Shown here: one piece after another, positions 26,866 through 40,859 of the stretch
How positions within the stretch are numbered: position 1 is the stretch's first letter
How the letters are laid out: the number at the start of each line of letters is the position of its first letter
Source: Octopus sinensis
Taxonomy: Eukaryota
Length of the DNA: 64,000 bases
Assembly (NCBI RefSeq): GCF_006345805.1
Contig: NC_042999.1
Coordinates: forward strand, 145,762,001-145,826,000
Direction: 5' to 3'
Position numbers and translations under genes: made by a program
The notes under the pieces: generated by a model
What the model was told of the DNA's origin: nothing
Seen by the model: only the letters and a program-made list of their open reading frames with translations
The model's database searches: none

Positions 26866-28716
26866 TACGTCTATATATATCACAGAATTTTAACACCAGA
26901 GGATGGAATGGAATGAACAGACTTTATTACAAATCATTTGAATTGTTTCAGCACATAATTGATGAATGTTACATACAGATTATAGCCTTAATATACAATT
27001 AATAGTAATTGTTGATCAATTGGAATAAAGGCCACGAAGGTAATACTGTGTAGCTAAAATCAAGTCTGTAAACTGACAGAAGTTTGTACTAAGGAAATTA
27101 CCATATTTCACTGATTTCCTTTGAAATGGAAAGGTAACAGACAAAAGAGATAAGTAATCGTTAAAGTTTATCTTTTTATGAAATAACTATTTTTGACTTT
27201 TAGTTTATTTTCCTAACAGTCGAGACAAGGATATGGTTAAGGATGGAATGAATATGGGGTTTCTATATTTTTTATTTTTTCATTTCCGTTAATTTATTTT
27301 TGGTATCTTTTCTCATTGTATTTCGTGTTTTTGTCAATGGAATACTAAAAATAGCATCATTGTGTTGGTATAAAATAAAGAGAAACTAAAGATTATCTTG
27401 CAGTTCTTTGGACCATATTCATCTGAAGACGCGTATGTACTCAACTATTGTCGAATCATATTAATCCAGTAATGTGTATAACATGTAACATTCAGTAATT
27501 ATCAGCTGATAATAATGTGATTAAATAATTGTAGTGATTTGTAAAAGAAGCCTGTTCTTTCCATCTTGTGTTAAAATTCTTTTGTATATACTCTACTGAC
27601 ACTTGCATATTTCCATATGTATATTCAGTAAAAACGAGTCCTACTGCATAATATCTGGTAGTTGATATCCGAAGAGGAACATTAGAGAGCACATTATAAG
27701 GTTATTATAAGGTTATCATATATATGTCGAGAGTTACTGAGAAAATTAATAGACCTAGATATTTAAATGTGCCATATAGTTTATTTCATATACACGATCG
27801 CAATTCGCTAGTGAATCTAGGTTATGGTTTATTGCCTCTTGTTTCTTCATTTGACCAACAATTATTTATTTGTTAGATTCCGCAAAAGACATTGCAAAAT
27901 ATATATTCCATAGAAACCTTTATATATTAACTGTTATTATTTCTTATGGTCTTAAACAGCAATACAGCTTCTGATATTCCTTTTGCTATATAATATAACC
28001 CTTGTACATGAAAGTAATAGACAAGAAATTATAATTTCGAAACTCCATTTATACCGCTGTAATTCGCTGGAAATCCGCTTAATATACCGTTACTTTATCG
28101 ATTTCGGACAAACTCTATCTTCTTTACAAAGGAACAAATCAAAAGTCATATGCTATAAATGTTATCAAAAGAGAATCTTAGCATTTCACGTGAGCAGGTA
28201 TTTAAAATAAAAACAACATTTTATTGAAGTGGTAGCTTTATATTGCTAAATCTCATCTTAGGTTCGGTTGTGATAAGCTAATTTCATTATTCTAAAGGAA
28301 AATATAATGACATCTAGGCACACTAATTCACTTTCTGAATGTTACGTTAAATTTCTTGTAGCCACAGACACGGTAGAGATATGATTCTGCGCTAGCCGAT
28401 GCATTAAATATTTATACCCCAAAACTGTCAATGTACCGTGTTCGTGCACAAGATTGTTCATTACAGCTCTGTGAACATGACAATAAATAGATAGGGTGAG
28501 ATAAGAACTGCTCACTACTGAAATCAGTAGGAGCATTATATTCTTGTTGAATGTTTCTTCAGTGCAGCATTGAATCAATATGGAATCTTTCCGGCGCATG
28601 GCTTTTCCAAGTGTTCCTGAAATAAGCAGAACGAATTGGATTTAATTCTCTCTTTCTCTCTCCGTCTCTCCCAAATCCCCAACCCCTCCCTCTCTCCCCC
28701 TTTCCCCTCTCTCCCC

Positions 28717-28765
<49 letters not shown>

Positions 28766-28790
28766 AGAAATTAGAATGACAAAACAATAA

Positions 28791-29836
28791 AAAATTATGT
28801 CATGAGCTTCATTAGCTTACAGTTGTTTCTGCTATAGGATGATACGCGCTCATATTTGACTGCTTCTGTACCACTCGGTAGCTTCAACGGTATTTCGAAC
28901 ATGAAGTGCAATTTTATTGAGATAAATAGAAATAATAGGTTATATAAATCTATTCATTATCAAATAAATAAATTATATAAATTATATAAATAAATAAATA
29001 AATTTATGCATATAATGTATTATCTCTCTATTTTAATACCTATGCACATTTCTTATGAGAGAATCACTGAAACAAATCAAGCGGATCGAACTGTCACAAT
29101 AATACTGGTGACATATATAGTACACTTTTTGGCTCTCAGGTTATCTTTTGTTATTCCTTCAAATGTCACCTAAAAATGATTTTAAACTACAGTGATGATA
29201 TTGCTCCTAAAACTATTATAATTTTTTACCGATTCATACATATTCACGTTGATTAAACGAAAAAAACTTTCAGCTTAAGTGTTAAACATTGGATATAATA
29301 TCTAACTTAGTCGAACTTCAGGGTGTTCTACTACGAAAACGTTTAAATGCATAGTAGGAGCTATATAATGGATCAACTTATGTGAAATTTGGACATGCAA
29401 TTTTCTTTCATCTCAGCAAAATATTGAATCACATAGGGTGATGCTGGGACATTTGGGAAGACCTCATTCATACCACAGAAAGAAAATGTGAAATATTTAA
29501 CGCATGTTACTACGCTGTATACCTAGAGGTTTTTCATTTGGTTATTTTATATCAAATAGTTTGTGTGTTGTATTATATGTGTGTATATATTCTTTTATTC
29601 TTTTTACATGTATGTTTTTATATAATTTATATATGTTTTATATAATTTATATAATTTATTTATTTGATAATGAATAGATTTATATAACCTATTATTTCTA
29701 TTTATCTCAATAAAATTGCACTTCATGTTCGAAATACCGTTGAAGCTACCGAGTGGTACAGAAGCAGTCAAATATGAGCGCGTATCATCCTATATCAGAA
29801 ACAACTGTAAGCTAATGAAGCTCATGACATAATTTT
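28791..29836. repeat. Near-perfect ~200-bp inverted repeat with ~645-bp spacer
   Basis: 28791-28990 is the reverse complement of ~29637-29836; one mismatch seen. Confidence 0.9.
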
Positions 29837-29892
29837 AAGTTGGATTGTAGATGTATCGATGTATGTTTGTATCTCTTTATCTCTCTCTCCCA

Positions 29893-29936
<44 letters not shown>

Positions 29937-30111
29937 ATGTGTGTATATATATGTATATATATATGTATATATATGTGTATATATGCATACATATATATGT
30001 ACATATATAAGTGTGTATATATATATATGTATATATAAGGAGAGAGAAAAAGAGACATTCATATATATATATAGATACATATTAATCCATATATATGTAT
30101 ATATATATATA

Positions 30112-30276
30112 GGCGCAGGAGTGGCTGTGTGGTAAGTAGCTTGCTTACCAACCACATGGTTCCGGGTTCAGTCCCACTGCGTGGCATCTTGGGCAAGTGT
30201 CTTCTGCTATAGCCCCGGGCCGACCAATGCCTTGTGAGTGGATTTGGTAGACGGAAACTGAAAGAAGCCTGTCGTA

Positions 30277-30351
<75 letters not shown>

Positions 30352-30553
30352 TTGTGTGTCTGTGTTTGTCCCCCTAGCATTGCTTGACAACCGATGCTGG
30401 TGTGTTTACGTCCCCGTCACTTAGCGGTTCGGCAAAAGAGACCGATAAAATAAGTACTGGGCTTACAAAGAATAAGTCCCGGGGTCGATTTGCTCGACTA
30501 AAGGCGGTGCTCCAGCATGGCCGCAGTCAAATGACTGAAACAAGTAAAAGAAT
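30112..30553 (+). mobile_element. SINE family A, full-length
   Basis: Nearly identical to 10080-10519. Confidence 0.88.
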
Positions 30554-30574
30554 ATATAAGTATATATATATATA

Positions 30575-31866
30575 CTAGCAGCATAGCCCGGCGTTGCCCG
30601 GGTATGTAAGAGCCCCTAGTAGGCAACGACTAATCCCAATCTAGTCCTTTCCCTCTAGGGAACGAAGGTGCGTGTGTAGGTTGCAATGTCTTCTCTTCAC
30701 TCCCAAATAACTATCAAACAGCTATCGATAATTCAACCCAACCAATTCCTACCAGGAAGAAATTACATTCGAGACTTTACCCCCAACACCGCCACTTCTA
30801 CTAATAGCTGCTGCAACCGCAAGTTATTTGAATACTTTTTTTGTTTACACTTTCTTTATAACTACCACCCCAAACGTTTTACCTTAAATTTTTGATGTAC
30901 CCTAAGGGTCCTCGGACGCTACTTGCAAACTCTTGGTTTATTATAAAACACTTTTGTCGTGTGCATCAAAAAACCTTTTCCTTCCGTTTGTTCAGTTTGA
31001 TCACTTTTGACTTTTTCGTTGTTGTCACTCACATTGCTGCCCGCTTTTTGGCCGTTTTTGTACATTTTTATACAAAAAAAGTATTCGAATAACTTGCGGC
31101 TGCAGCATCTATTAGCAGAAGTGGCGGTGTTGGGGGTAAAGTCTCGAATGTAATTTCTTCCTGGTAGGAATTGGTTGGATCGAATTATCGATAGCTAAAA
31201 AGGTCAAGTTGCGTCCCCTAGACAGTCTGGTTTGTGTTTAATACACAAATTTGTTTGCTATGTGTGCCACATATGATTAAATTAACCGATTTTTTCCAAT
31301 AATGTATCCTATTGGAATAAAAAGGGCTATGTAGCTCCTTGGAGCAGACATGATGCTCGTTGTGAATAAAAAAAAAAATTCCTGCCAATCTGTGAAAGAT
31401 ATTGTCGAAAATATGTCATCTTGAATTTGAACGCGATTTCCCAAAATGGCATGATTTTATCGATTGTTTCTGATGGTAAGGTATTGCATGGAAAACTAAC
31501 GTCAGAATTGAGTTTCTTAGGGTAACATTAAGCTTCACCATGAGTTTGGTGAAAATCGATTGCAAGTTGTGAAAACTACCATAGATAATGCGTTGCATAA
31601 AAAAAGCTTAGATTCTCGAGTTGCGTCCCCTAGACAGTCTGTGGTTCGTGTTTCTGATTCTCGACCCCATGTCGAATTTATCAATTTTTTTCAGAACTGG
31701 GGGAACTTTTCAAAATTTTCGCTGCGTTAGTTTTGAATTATGACATTGGGCTATGTGTGTGTCAAGTTTCATCAGAATCGGTTGAAAGCCGTGGTCAGAG
31801 TGAGGGTACGAGAAAACAGACACACAGAAACACGCACAGACAAACTGCCGTTTATATATAGAGAGA
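30575..31866 (-). mobile_element. Non-autonomous Helitron
   Basis: Minus strand starts a|TCTCTCTATATATAAACGGCAG and ends with hairpin CCCGGgcaacgCCGGG then CTAG|t. A/T insertion site, no TSD. Confidence 0.8.
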
Positions 31867-32179
31867 TATTGACTTATTCACATACGTGCCCACACACACA
31901 AATAATTCATTATTTGATATAAAATAATTAGGTAATGCACATATTCAATTCTGTATATAGACTGTTTTAAATATTATAGAATAGAAATATGGATTCAACA
32001 AAACAGAAGTAATTTAATTTCACTTTTATAACAATATTTGGAGCAAACAAATTTAATAATAGAATATAGGTTATATACAAAATATCTGAACGCAGGAGAG
32101 AGTAACCTTGTTCTTGAAGGGCAATTATTGAATGTAGCATCATACAGATTTTGTCCATTAGAGAATGAAGTGGCAAAAA

Positions 32180-32288
32180 ATGTGTATTATAGAGTATTAT
32201 AAAAGTATTATAGAGTATTATAGAGTATTATAATGTGTATTATAGAGTATTATAAAAGTATTATAGAGTATTATAGAGTATTATAAAA
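32180..32288. repeat. Short tandem repeat (tattatagag/tattataaaag)
   Basis: About 10 units of 10-11 bp. Confidence 0.8.
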
Positions 32289-32939
32289 GAAATCGGTCAC
32301 CCGATTCTTCGTTAACCTCGTGAAACCAGCGAGTGGCAACTCGAAACTGCTGCTCCGAACTACAAACTAGCTGAGTCGTTGAAGCGTGGGAGAAAATATT
32401 CCATGGTATTTGTTCCAACTAACTTTAAACAGTGTTCACATTTTGCCGTGGTCAATATTGCTTTTCATCCCTTCGAGGCCGATAAAGAAGTTTTAGTTCA
32501 GTGTGATAGACTAGCGGAATTCAAAAACATTAGACTGAATGTATTGTGGCTTAGTTGCGAATCTTTTTGTTCTCAGGTCAGATTCCGCTATTATCTACAT
32601 GGGCTGTAGACTTAGACCGTCGCCCGGCTTAACACCACCACCTGTTACCTTAGGTGGCTTTAGCGAGAAGCCACTTTGTTGCAAATACTCGGATTAGGTT
32701 TCTGCTTTCAGGATACTTTCCTCACGTCCTCTCACCTGCCTCGGAGGAGATGTTATGGTTCATGGTCGGGCTTCACACACTATACATTTCAAATGAGGCC
32801 AGATTAATGTGGACCCCTTCTTCATAGAGGTAAAAACTGGTTTGCACTTCTTCCTACATAAAGTAAAGTTACAGAAACACCATTGGTAATTCAAAACAAA
32901 GGAAACCTGAGTGAAAAAGTTCTTCTCTTCAGTGAAACA

Positions 32940-33125
32940 TATGATGTGGAAGCTACAAGAGAGGGAGAAAAGAAGGCGCCCTAAATATATCTATAGAAGG
33001 AATACTGAAGCAGAGCTGAAAAATAGGGATCCAACTGAAGGGATGCAGAACAGACAACCCAGAGCCGAGAACAGTGAAGAAATTCCGTTGATGGTCTGTG
33101 ATCCTTAAACATAGAAATAAATGGA
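32940..33125 (+). mobile_element. RTE-like LINE 3' remnant
   Basis: WKLQEREKRRRPKYIYRRNTEAELK resembles the RTE C-terminal WxPxGxRxRGRPxxTW motif. Confidence 0.45.
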
Positions 33126-33538
33126 ATAAAAGCAAGGTTAAATTCGATGGATTTGAATTCAGAGTACAAACGACTAGAACCAACAGTACCATTATACTCT
33201 CTCTGAAAATTTGACACCGCAGCAATTTACCGCTTCTACTTATATATACTTGATGAAAGGTAAAAATAGAACGAGATGTGTGTTTTCGTGGAAGCCAATA
33301 TCATGATAGAAATTAAGCGTAGTATTGTACCAATATCAGGAATTATCGGGATTTGTTTTACATAGTTGAATACCTTTATCGGGCTAGTTATACGCAGGTC
33401 ATTTTACACTTTATCATTCGTACTTCGAAATCGATGAAATGGATTGTAGACTTTCTTGGATTAAGTGAAATATGATATTCCCACATACAGAATTTCTGAT
33501 TGTTTTTTTCTTTTGCCAAATACTATTATCAGTGTTAT

Positions 33539-33750
33539 TAAGGCAGCGGGCTGGCAGAATCGTTGCTGCGCTGAAAAAATGCTTAGCGGCATTTCGTGCG
33601 TCTCTATGTTCTGAGTTCAAATTCCGCTAAGGTCGACTTTGCCTTTCATCCTTTCGGGGTCAATAAAATAATTACCAGTTGAACACTGCGGTCCATGTAA
33701 TCGACTTATGCCCTCCCCAAAACCTGCTGGCCTCAAGCCAAGTTTTGAGA
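33539..33750 (+). mobile_element. SINE family B
   Basis: Family B head and central domain. Confidence 0.75.
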
Positions 33751-33904
33751 CCTTTATTATCACTGTTACTTTCTTTTACTCGCCATCTTTGACGCAATCA
33801 TTTGTCCCAGCGCCCATCTTCAGAGATGTTGAAATATAATTCAAAGCTTCGGGAGGGGAAGAAGCGAGGGTAGCAGAGAATTACCTCCATATGACATAAC
33901 ACAA

Positions 33905-34410
33905 ACATCTAAATAGACAGGGTTTTTCTAAGGATGTGGGCAATACTTGTCTGCACAATCTTTTGGATTTCCTTGAGACATAGTTCTCCAGGGATGTTAT
34001 CTAAATATTTCTGGCATCTCTTTATATTATATCTATGGCGCCTACAATAACATGAAACGTTTTTGCTTTAAGGTACCACATCTTTTGATTTCCAGGTCCT
34101 AGTATTTACTAAGTTTGTCAAAATCCTTTACAGATATATTTATTAACAATAGGAACACTTACATCTACTAGTCTGCAAGTATTTTCTTCTTCATCTTTAA
34201 TAAATATGTCTGGTCGGTTAGCCTTGACGTTCTGTTAGTGTTGACGGGAAAATGCCAGAACATGGTAGCAGTTTTACCTTCAACGACTGGCTCAGGATGA
34301 TGTTCATACCAGTAAGCAGGAGTGCTGATTTTGAAGTGTTTAAATATTTTTCAATGTAGATACTATCCTGCCCTAACGTGGCGACTTTGGTATTCCTTTG
34401 GTGTCAGCAA
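33905..34410 (-). mobile_element. Older RLE-type LINE 3' fragment
   Basis: Minus-strand translation KEYQSRHVRAG*YLH*..WYEHHPEPV..ANRPDIFI..KLSKY*DL..EIQKIVQTSIAHILRKTLSI with many lesions. Confidence 0.8.
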
Positions 34411-34547
34411 TATTATTATTATTATTATTGCTATTCTTCTTCTTCTTCTTCTTCTTCTTCTTCTTCTTCTTCTCTTCTTCTTCTCTTCTTCTTCTTCTTC
34501 TTTCTTCTTCTTCTTCTTTCTTCTTCTTCTTCTTATTATTATTATTA

Positions 34548-34585
<38 letters not shown>

Positions 34586-34587
<2 letters not shown>

Positions 34588-37020
34588 TAGTTTTATTTTT
34601 ATAGCGTGCTTTCACTTCACTACTGAGCGCAGCTCTGTGTGCCTTAGGTATGTGCTGTGATTTGTTGTGATGCTCTGATGGTTATTGTATGGAAAGTGTT
34701 CTGCGTAGGATGTGTGCAGTGCCTAGTAGTGCAATTTTCTGTATGTTATATGTGTTTGTAAGTCCTGGTGTTTTTGTTATGTATTTGTCTGAATATTTTT
34801 TTATCATACCTAATGCACCTACTATGATAGGAATTGTTTCTGTTTTTAGATTCCACATTCTGGTTACCTCTATTTCCAGGTCTTTGTATTTTGAAAGTTT
34901 CTCCATTTCTTTTAGAGAAACGTTGTCATCTGCCGGTATTGATACATCAATTAGAAAGCATTTTTATCGTCATGATCTCTGACAATTATATCTGGTCTGT
35001 TGGCCTTAATTTCTCTATCTGTGTGTATCGGCATATCCCAGAGTATGGTTGCTTTCTCGTTTTCTGTGACCTTTTCTGGTGTGTGCCTATATCATTTTTT
35101 TTCTGTTGTTATTCCATAATGTTGGCATAGCTTCCAGTGTATGTATGTCCCAACTCTGTCATGTCTGTGAATATATTCCTTCTTAGCCAGGACTGGGCAG
35201 CCAGAGATAATATGATTTATTGTTTCTTGTTCATCTCCACATATTCTGCAGTTACTTGTTATATTTCTTTTCATTACATGTTTTTGGTAATTTCTGGTGG
35301 GGAGGCTTTGGTCTTGTGCTGCAATTAAAAATCCCTCTGTCTCTGCTTTGCGTCCTGAGCTTCTCAACCATTGCTAGGATTTTTCTTTGTCTATTTCCTT
35401 TGCGTTTAGTTTAGTCCAGTATTTACCATGAAGGAGCTTTTCTTGCCATCGATTTCTCATGGTTCGTTGCTGTTCTATTTTTAGTTTGGGTTTCATTTGT
35501 TTTATACTTTTGTTGTTTCTTCATCTTCTTCTTCTTCGTATTTATTAGGTGGTATGATTTCTTTTTTGTATTTGTCAGCTTCCTTAAATACTGAAAACAG
35601 TTTTTTGTTTTGCTCGTGTTTTGCCGCTATTTGTATCAGTTTTCCTTCCTTCTGAAGTAGATATTTTTGCAGTCCTATGGTGGTTATTTTATAGTAGTTT
35701 TCCAGCTGTATAAGGCCTCTACCACCTTCTATACGTTGTATATATAGTCTTTCTATGTCAGATTTTGGGTGATGCATCCTAGATCCTGTCATTATTTTTC
35801 TTGTTTTCCTATCTATTTTGGTCAGTTCATTTCGTGTCCAGTTAAGGATATTGTAGCTGTAACTTATAACTGGGACAGCTAAAGTGTTAATAGCTGTTCT
35901 TAGCATTGAGCGCTGTTTTTAGTATTGATCTAACTCGTCTATGATATTCTTTTTTTATTTTCTCTTTCATTTGTGTGTGTTGTGTCTTATCTAGTTCATG
36001 GAGTCCTAAGTATTTGTAAGTTTGGCTTTGGTCTAGCTCTTTTATTTCATTGGTTTTATCTAGGGTGATGTTGCTACTCTTAACTAGTTTTCCTCTTTTC
36101 AGGGTTACTTTGGCGCATTTTTCTAATCCAAATTTCATATCTATTTCTTTGGTAAATCCATGAACTGTCTTTAATAGCATTTCCAGCTGTTTGTCATTTG
36201 CAGCGTATGGTTTTAGGTCATCCATATATAAAAGGTGGCTGATCGTTTTGCCGTAAAATTTATATCCGCATCCAGTTCTATTTAGCAAATCAGATAGAGG
36301 TGACAGTGCCAAGCAGAAAAGGAGTGGAGAGAGCGTGTCTCCCTGGAATATTCCTCTTCTAATGGGGATGGCTTTGGTTTTCATGAGTCCCTCTTTTGTT
36401 TGGAGCTGTAGTACTGTTTGTCATTTATTCATAGAATGCCCTATGAATTTTATAATTATTGGTGCTACTTTGTTAATGGCTAGTGTTTCGAGGATCCATG
36501 TGTGGGGGATGCTATCAAACGCCTTTTTGTAGTCGATCCAGGCCATACTGAAGCCTTTCTTCTTTCTGTGGCTGTCTTCAGTTATGGCTTTATTAATCAT
36601 TAGTTGATCTTTACAGCCATATGAGCCTTTGCGGCATCATTTCTGCTCTTCTGGAAACAGGTTGTTTTCGTCCAGGTGCTTGTTCAACCTTTGCGATATC
36701 ATTGCGGTAAATGCCTTGTACATTGTAGGGAGGCAGGTTATTGGTCTGTAGTTTTCTGGTTTTGCTGTCTCATTTGATTTGGGAATTAAGATGGTTTTCC
36801 CCTTCGTGAGCCATTCAGGCATTGTCTCTGGCTCTGCTAGTGTGTTGTTAAAGTTTTCAGCCAGCTTTTAGGGCATTCCTGTTAGATATTTCAACCAGAA
36901 GTTGGGGATCTTGTCATGCCCAGGTGCCTTCCAGTTGCTTAGTCTTTGCAGTGCCTGGGTGACCTCTTCAGTTGTTATGGGGGTCCAAAGTTGCTCAGAT
37001 GCTTATTTTGTTGTTTTAAT
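34586..37020 (-). mobile_element. 5'-truncated non-LTR retrotransposon, RLE type (R4/Dong-like)
   Basis: RT motifs (PENYRPIT, IDYKKAFDS, GIFQGDTLSPLLF, LLYMDDLK, FGLEKC), zinc knuckle CRICG..ETINHIISGC, RHD, RPD endonuclease, C-terminal KLSKYKDL..AHILRRTLS; few frameshifts; 3' end runs into (AAT)n. Confidence 0.92.
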
Positions 37021-37039
37021 ACTCATTTTTTTTGGTTCT

Positions 37040-37071
<32 letters not shown>

Positions 37072-37076
37072 TTCTT

Positions 37077-37168
<92 letters not shown>

Positions 37169-38076
37169 CATCCGGCAGCTTTATTTACTGTTTCCTAAAT
37201 AGCAACTGAATAACTTTTCAATAGCAAAATTTAACGACATTATCGCATGAATAATTATCAGAATATCATTGTTGAACCGATAACGGTGCCTACTCTGGAA
37301 CACAATAACTCTGCTATCAGCTTATAAATGCATCAAGGTTTCCTATTGCTTTTGGAAATAAAAGGTTCCATTGAAAAGTACTGATTCCTCGTGCAGTTAA
37401 GTTGGTAAGAGGTAATGATGTTTCTACACCAGTCACTTACTGGTGTAAAGGAGGTTGTCTTTACTCCAGCAGAAATTGAACGTTGAACATCAACGACATT
37501 CTACAATATTACTGCCAGTTTCAGAAGTGAAGTGGATCGTTTACAATATCTACCCTATATAGCTGGTTGGGATAGGATTAAAAGAAAGATTTTGTTGGAT
37601 GTACGTCTATCATGGTGTGAGTTAACATGAGAACACAATCTCATAATTGCATGATGATAAATCACGTATCGTTATTTACAGTAATGAGCTATTACTTCTT
37701 GTACAACCTGGAAACAATTACATGGACTCGGTATTTCATTTTCGATGCTCCCCCCACTGCGGTAACAACTCAGTGTCATTGATAACACATAAGCTGATGT
37801 TATTTTTGGATGTTTATCCAGTGACCTTAGTGACTAGGCCGTTCTCTTTTCCACGGCCCTGTTATGGAGTTTGTTTATTTACACATACGACGGGAGATTT
37901 AAACTAGAGTCAATTACGTTTCTGTTTTTGTCATTGATAGAATTAGAGAAAGAAGTAGAGAGAGAGGTTAATTTCTTTCTAGCTTTCCCTCTCTCTTAAA
38001 CAAATGCATGCGCGCGCACATTTTCGCATACAACACATACACACATGTGTACATAAAAAATTCAGTTGTCATCGAA

Positions 38077-39879
38077 TTAGTAAATTTAAGATAGCTATTA
38101 GTTCCATATCAATTTCAAATTGTAACTTAATTGACACATGAATATAAATCTCGCAGCTGCGTTTGACAATATTTCGATAAACTCTATAACACGCGACACG
38201 ATAAAACTATCTTGATCGCTTGGGATGTATTTAGGAAGTATGTATCGAACACTCATCAAACCATTTGTTACTGTTTAAGGAAGCGATCTTGTAGAATCAT
38301 TGCACGCCGGACAAAATGCTTAGCGGTATTTCATCTGCCTCTACGTTCTGAGTTCAAATTCCGCCGAGGTTGACTTTGCCTTTCATCCTTTCGGGGTCGA
38401 TAAATTAAGCACCAGTTACGCACTGGGGTCGATATAATCGACTTAATCCGATTGTCTGTCCTTGTTTGTCCTCTCTGTGTTTAGCCCATTATGGGTAGTA
38501 AAGAAATAGGTATTTCGTCCGTCTTTACGTTCTGAGTTCAAATTCCCCTGAGAACAATTTTGCCTTTCATCCCTTCCGGGTGATGAAATGAATACCAGTT
38601 GAGCATCGATGTCGACGCAATCGACTTGCTCCCTCCCACAGAATGCTGTATGTAACATTTTGCCTGTAGCAAAAATGGTTATTATTTACTTCCCAACTGT
38701 CTAATTATGCAAAAAGCAGCAACGATTTATAAACATTTAAAATTCTTTTTATATACATTTCCTTATTTGTAAAAACAAATTTGTACAAGACAGCGTACGA
38801 AAATATGAAAGTAGAATACAAAGAAATATTGAGTAGGAGGCACACATGAAGAGAGGAAGTGAAGAGAGAGAAGGGAGAGAGAGAAAGTAGCCCTGGAGAT
38901 AAAAAGAGAAATAGGAAGATATAGATACATATAGAGAAAGAAGGAGAAAACAAGAGGCGGAGAACGCTGATGATTTTGCGATGGTTTATTTACTTTTCAT
39001 CATTATTTCCTATAGCAGATTTCAAATAACTATTGTTTTTTCTGAAGCATTTTTTTTACGTACAATTCATGTGTTAAGCTTCGGCTCAGTAATTTTCAAT
39101 CGATTCGTATATCCGATAGAAACACTGAAACGCTAAATAGGATGTCAATAAAAGAGAGAAAAGAAAACATACTTTCTGTACAAATTGGAATTGCTGACAT
39201 TTGAAATATCGAAGTCTGAAGACTGTTTTGAACTAAAACTGCTAAATATAGCAATTCGACTGCAGTTTATGGATTATGTATTTATAAGCATACAATTTAT
39301 AGCAGTTACTCAAAGAAATCTAAGTTAGATTTATATATATCCAACTATTACTAGTCTTAGTTTTAAATATGCTGGTGTCATTGACATATATATTTCATTT
39401 ACACAAATAATTCATTCAAAGTCCTCATTGAGTGAAAATCTAATGTACTTTACAGTGAATTTAGTATCCATAATGTCTCCGTCGCATTTAATTAGAATGC
39501 TACTTGGATAAAAAGAGGATTCAAATTGAAATGATAGCGGAAAGCTTTAGGCTGATTTCGCTGTCAATGACGATTGGATCAAAATAAACTTCAGTGTTAC
39601 ACAACTTCACAATGTGCTACTGCAATTTGTGCTACTGCAATTTTCAAAACTGTGGCTATAAATGTTATACATATCGTGTGGTAAGGATGTCATAGACATA
39701 GACACAGGCAATATTTTGTTCGTTTGTACATGATTTAGTAAATTTAAGATAGCTATTAGTTCCATATCAATTTCAAATTGTAACTTAATTGACACATGAA
39801 TATAAATCTCGCAGCTGCGCTTGACAATATTTCGATAAACTCTATAACACGCGACACGATAAAACTATCTTGATCGCTT
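38077..39879 (+). repeat. 145-bp direct duplication (38077-38221 and 39735-39879)
   Basis: Identical except one substitution (gcgtttg vs gcgcttg). Confidence 0.9.
38277..38640 (+). mobile_element. SINE family B
   Basis: Same body as 52512-52845. Confidence 0.8.
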
Positions 39880-40859
39880 TTTCTCACATCAGCTAATCAC
39901 TTGAGTGTTGAAACTAATTACATATTTCTATTTTCAGTAACAGGATATTAATACAATATTACTCTGTAATTTACTAACGACGTATACTTAATGGGATGAC
40001 AAGCTTCATTCATTCATCCATCTGCAAACAAATATTGGTAGATATACAGGTATGGCGAAGGGAAACTGAATAATATATTCAACGAAACACTTCGTTGTAA
40101 TTAACTATTTGGGTGGCTTCCACAGTGAATTTTAGGTATGGCCCGAGTATCACTCCTAAAATATTACTCTCTTCTGTTTCACTTAATCCATAAACGATTT
40201 TTATTGCCAATTAAATATTGCCTGAATCCATCCTGATTCATAAACAAATATTTTTTTATCGGTTAATTTGTGGAATTAAAGAAAGGGATAACATTGATGT
40301 ATGTTTAGAGATACTGGCAGTATTGCACTGACGTGGTGTAGTACACTATTAGTTTCTACCTACCTATATTTCCAAATGTCACGCATTCACCAATCTGAAT
40401 TACACAGGCAAACACACGCACGCTCACCCCCCCCCCACACACACACATGGCTAGAATGAAAACAAACTATAGAACACATACCAAACACAGTGCTGCAACA
40501 ATGTTATTGAGTGGAGTTTTAGAGAATTTTTGATGAATTCGATTGAAGACAGTGTCCTTTGTGTATCGGTCTCAAATGCTTCCAAAGTATTTAAAGACAT
40601 ACGGAAGGTCCTCTTCTCAGGCCAGAGGAAAGAAAGCTAGGCGATTTGAGAACTAGTCTCAATCTTGATAAGCGTTCATAGTTTTCTAACAAAATGTAAT
40701 CTACTGTAGTATAGGCTTATGAATTAGGAATACAGACACCAATGTTTGGATCGAAACAAGTAAGAAATAACGAAATGCTCAAGGAAAGTCGTATTACAGC
40801 TGAAGCAGAAGTGCAAGGCACAAGCACCATGGAGTGTATGATGAATCGTTTTTTCCCAT

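Noticed and set aside
29740-29820. GAAACAACTGTAAGCT as a hammerhead
   Set aside because: No CUGAnGA or valid variant at the required position.
38077-39879. LTR retrotransposon or TRIM
   Set aside because: No TG..CA termini, primer-binding site or TSD recognisable.
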